A DNA stretch of 57,580 nucleotides, taken from contig JAJEEA010000236.1 of assembly GCA_022821235.1 (NCBI GenBank), positions 1-57,580 on the forward strand, in the 5' to 3' direction. The DNA comes from Vicinamibacteria bacterium. Lineage in GTDB: Bacteria > Acidobacteriota > Vicinamibacteria > Vicinamibacterales > UBA8438. Under the pieces are notes generated by a model. The model was given only the letters and a program-made list of their open reading frames with translations, was not told the DNA's origin and did not search any database. Positions 56,609 through 57,580 of this stretch are shown in pieces (the stretch's first letter is position 1; each line of letters starts with the position of its first letter). A program made the position numbers and the translations under genes.

Positions 56609-57580
56609 ATGCCGCTGACACCAGGGACGTCGATCGGCGCCTACGACATCACCGCCCCCCTCGGGGCCGGGGGCATGGGCGAGGTCTACCGCGCCCGCGA
56701 TACGAAGCTCGATCGGCACGTGGCGCTGAAGGTGCTGCCCGAGGCGTTCACCGCCGACCCCGACCGGCTGGCGCGCTTCGACCGCGAGGCGAAGGTCCTC
56801 GCCTCGCTGAACCACCCGAACATCGCGCAGATCTACGGCGTCGAAGAGAGCCGGGGCTCGCGGGCGCTGGTGCTGGAGCTGGTCGAGGGCCCGACCCTCG
56901 CCGACCGCCTCGACCGCGGGCCGATCCCCCTCGACGAGGTGCTGTCCATCGCCCGGCAGATCGCCCTCGCCCTCCAGTCGGCGCACGAGGCGGGGGTGCT
57001 CCACCGCGACCTCAAGCCCGCCAACGTCAAGGTGCGCCCCGACGGCGCCGTGAAGGTCCTCGACTTCGGCCTCGCCAAGGCCCTCGACCCCGCGCCCCCC
57101 GCGGCCGAGGCGGACTCGGACATGACGGCGACCCTCACCGCCTCGGTGACGCGGATGGGCGCCGGCCTCGTCATGGGGACCCCGGCCTACATGTCGCCCG
57201 AGCAGGCCGAGGGCCAAGCCACCGACGCGCGCGGCGACCTCTGGTCGTTCGGCGTCGTCCTCTACGAGATGCTCGCGGGCGAGCGGCTGTTCGCGGGCGA
57301 GACGGTGGCGCAGGTGCTGGCCCGGGTGATCGACCGCGACCTCGACCTGTCGGTCCTGCCGGCCGCGACGCCGGCGCCCATGAGGCGGGTGCTGCGCCGC
57401 TGTCTCGAACGCGACGGGCGGCGGCGCATGCGCGACGCGGGCGAGGCCGTCAGCGACCTGGAGGCGGCGGCCTCGCCGGAGAACCGGCCGGAAGACGCGG
57501 CCCGGCCCGCCGCGGCCGAGCCGTCGCCGCTGCGGGCATCGCGGGTGCGCCTGGCCTGGGCGGCCTGCGGCCTCGCCCTC
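56609..57580 (+). CDS. Hanks-type Ser/Thr protein kinase (3' end runs off the window)
   Basis: Not in the ORF track. Hand translation: MPLTPGTSIGAY...LGAGGMGEVYRARD, VALKVL, HRDLKPAN, LDFGLAK, GTPAYMSPEQ. Confidence 0.93.
   Translation, partial: MPLTPGTSIGAYDITAPLGAGGMGEVYRARDTKLDRHVALKVLPEAFTADPDRLARFDREAKVLASLNHPNIAQIYGVEESRGSRALVLELVEGPTLADRLDRGPIPLDEVLSIARQIALALQSAHEAGVLHRDLKPANVKVRPDGAVKVLDFGLAKALDPAPPAAEADSDMTATLTASVTRMGAGLVMGTPAYMSPEQAEGQATDARGDLWSFGVVLYEMLAGERLFAGETVAQVLARVIDRDLDLSVLPAATPAPMRRVLRRCLERDGRRRMRDAGEAVSDLEAAASPENRPEDAARPAAAEPSPLRASRVRLAWAACGLAL

Overview
Very GC-rich bacterial DNA. The gene repertoire (DUF1592/DUF1552 pair, PQQ enzymes, NHL and 'YACHEGN' secreted proteins, Hanks-type kinase) suggests Acidobacteriota/Vicinamibacteria, which is an inference. 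The backbone is mostly secreted hydrolases and oxidoreductases, interspersed with small toxin-antitoxin cassettes that are intact, orphaned or decayed. Two things stand out. (1) A class I SAM methyltransferase (4493-5248, minus) is interrupted by tandem in-frame TGA-TGA codons followed by a perfect bacterial-SECIS-like hairpin, making it a candidate vicinal di-selenocysteine (UU) protein that the ORF track splits in two. (2) A ~15 kb putative defence island (~34.3-49.7 kb) encodes a Type IIG/Eco57I-like adenine MTase, an XRE-ImmA/IrrE peptidase, a DUF4411 PIN protein and a PLD-SNF2 helicase, followed by an Hsp70-TPR protein coupled to a short SF1 helicase; I do not recognise this combination as a named system. 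Also present: a RelE-XRE pair with a third Cas2/VapD-like gene, a dispersed ~80 bp repeat at gene 3' ends, and several frameshifted genes. No rRNA, tRNA, CRISPR array, integrase or transposase was recognised. All family calls come from motifs read by eye; no database searches were run.
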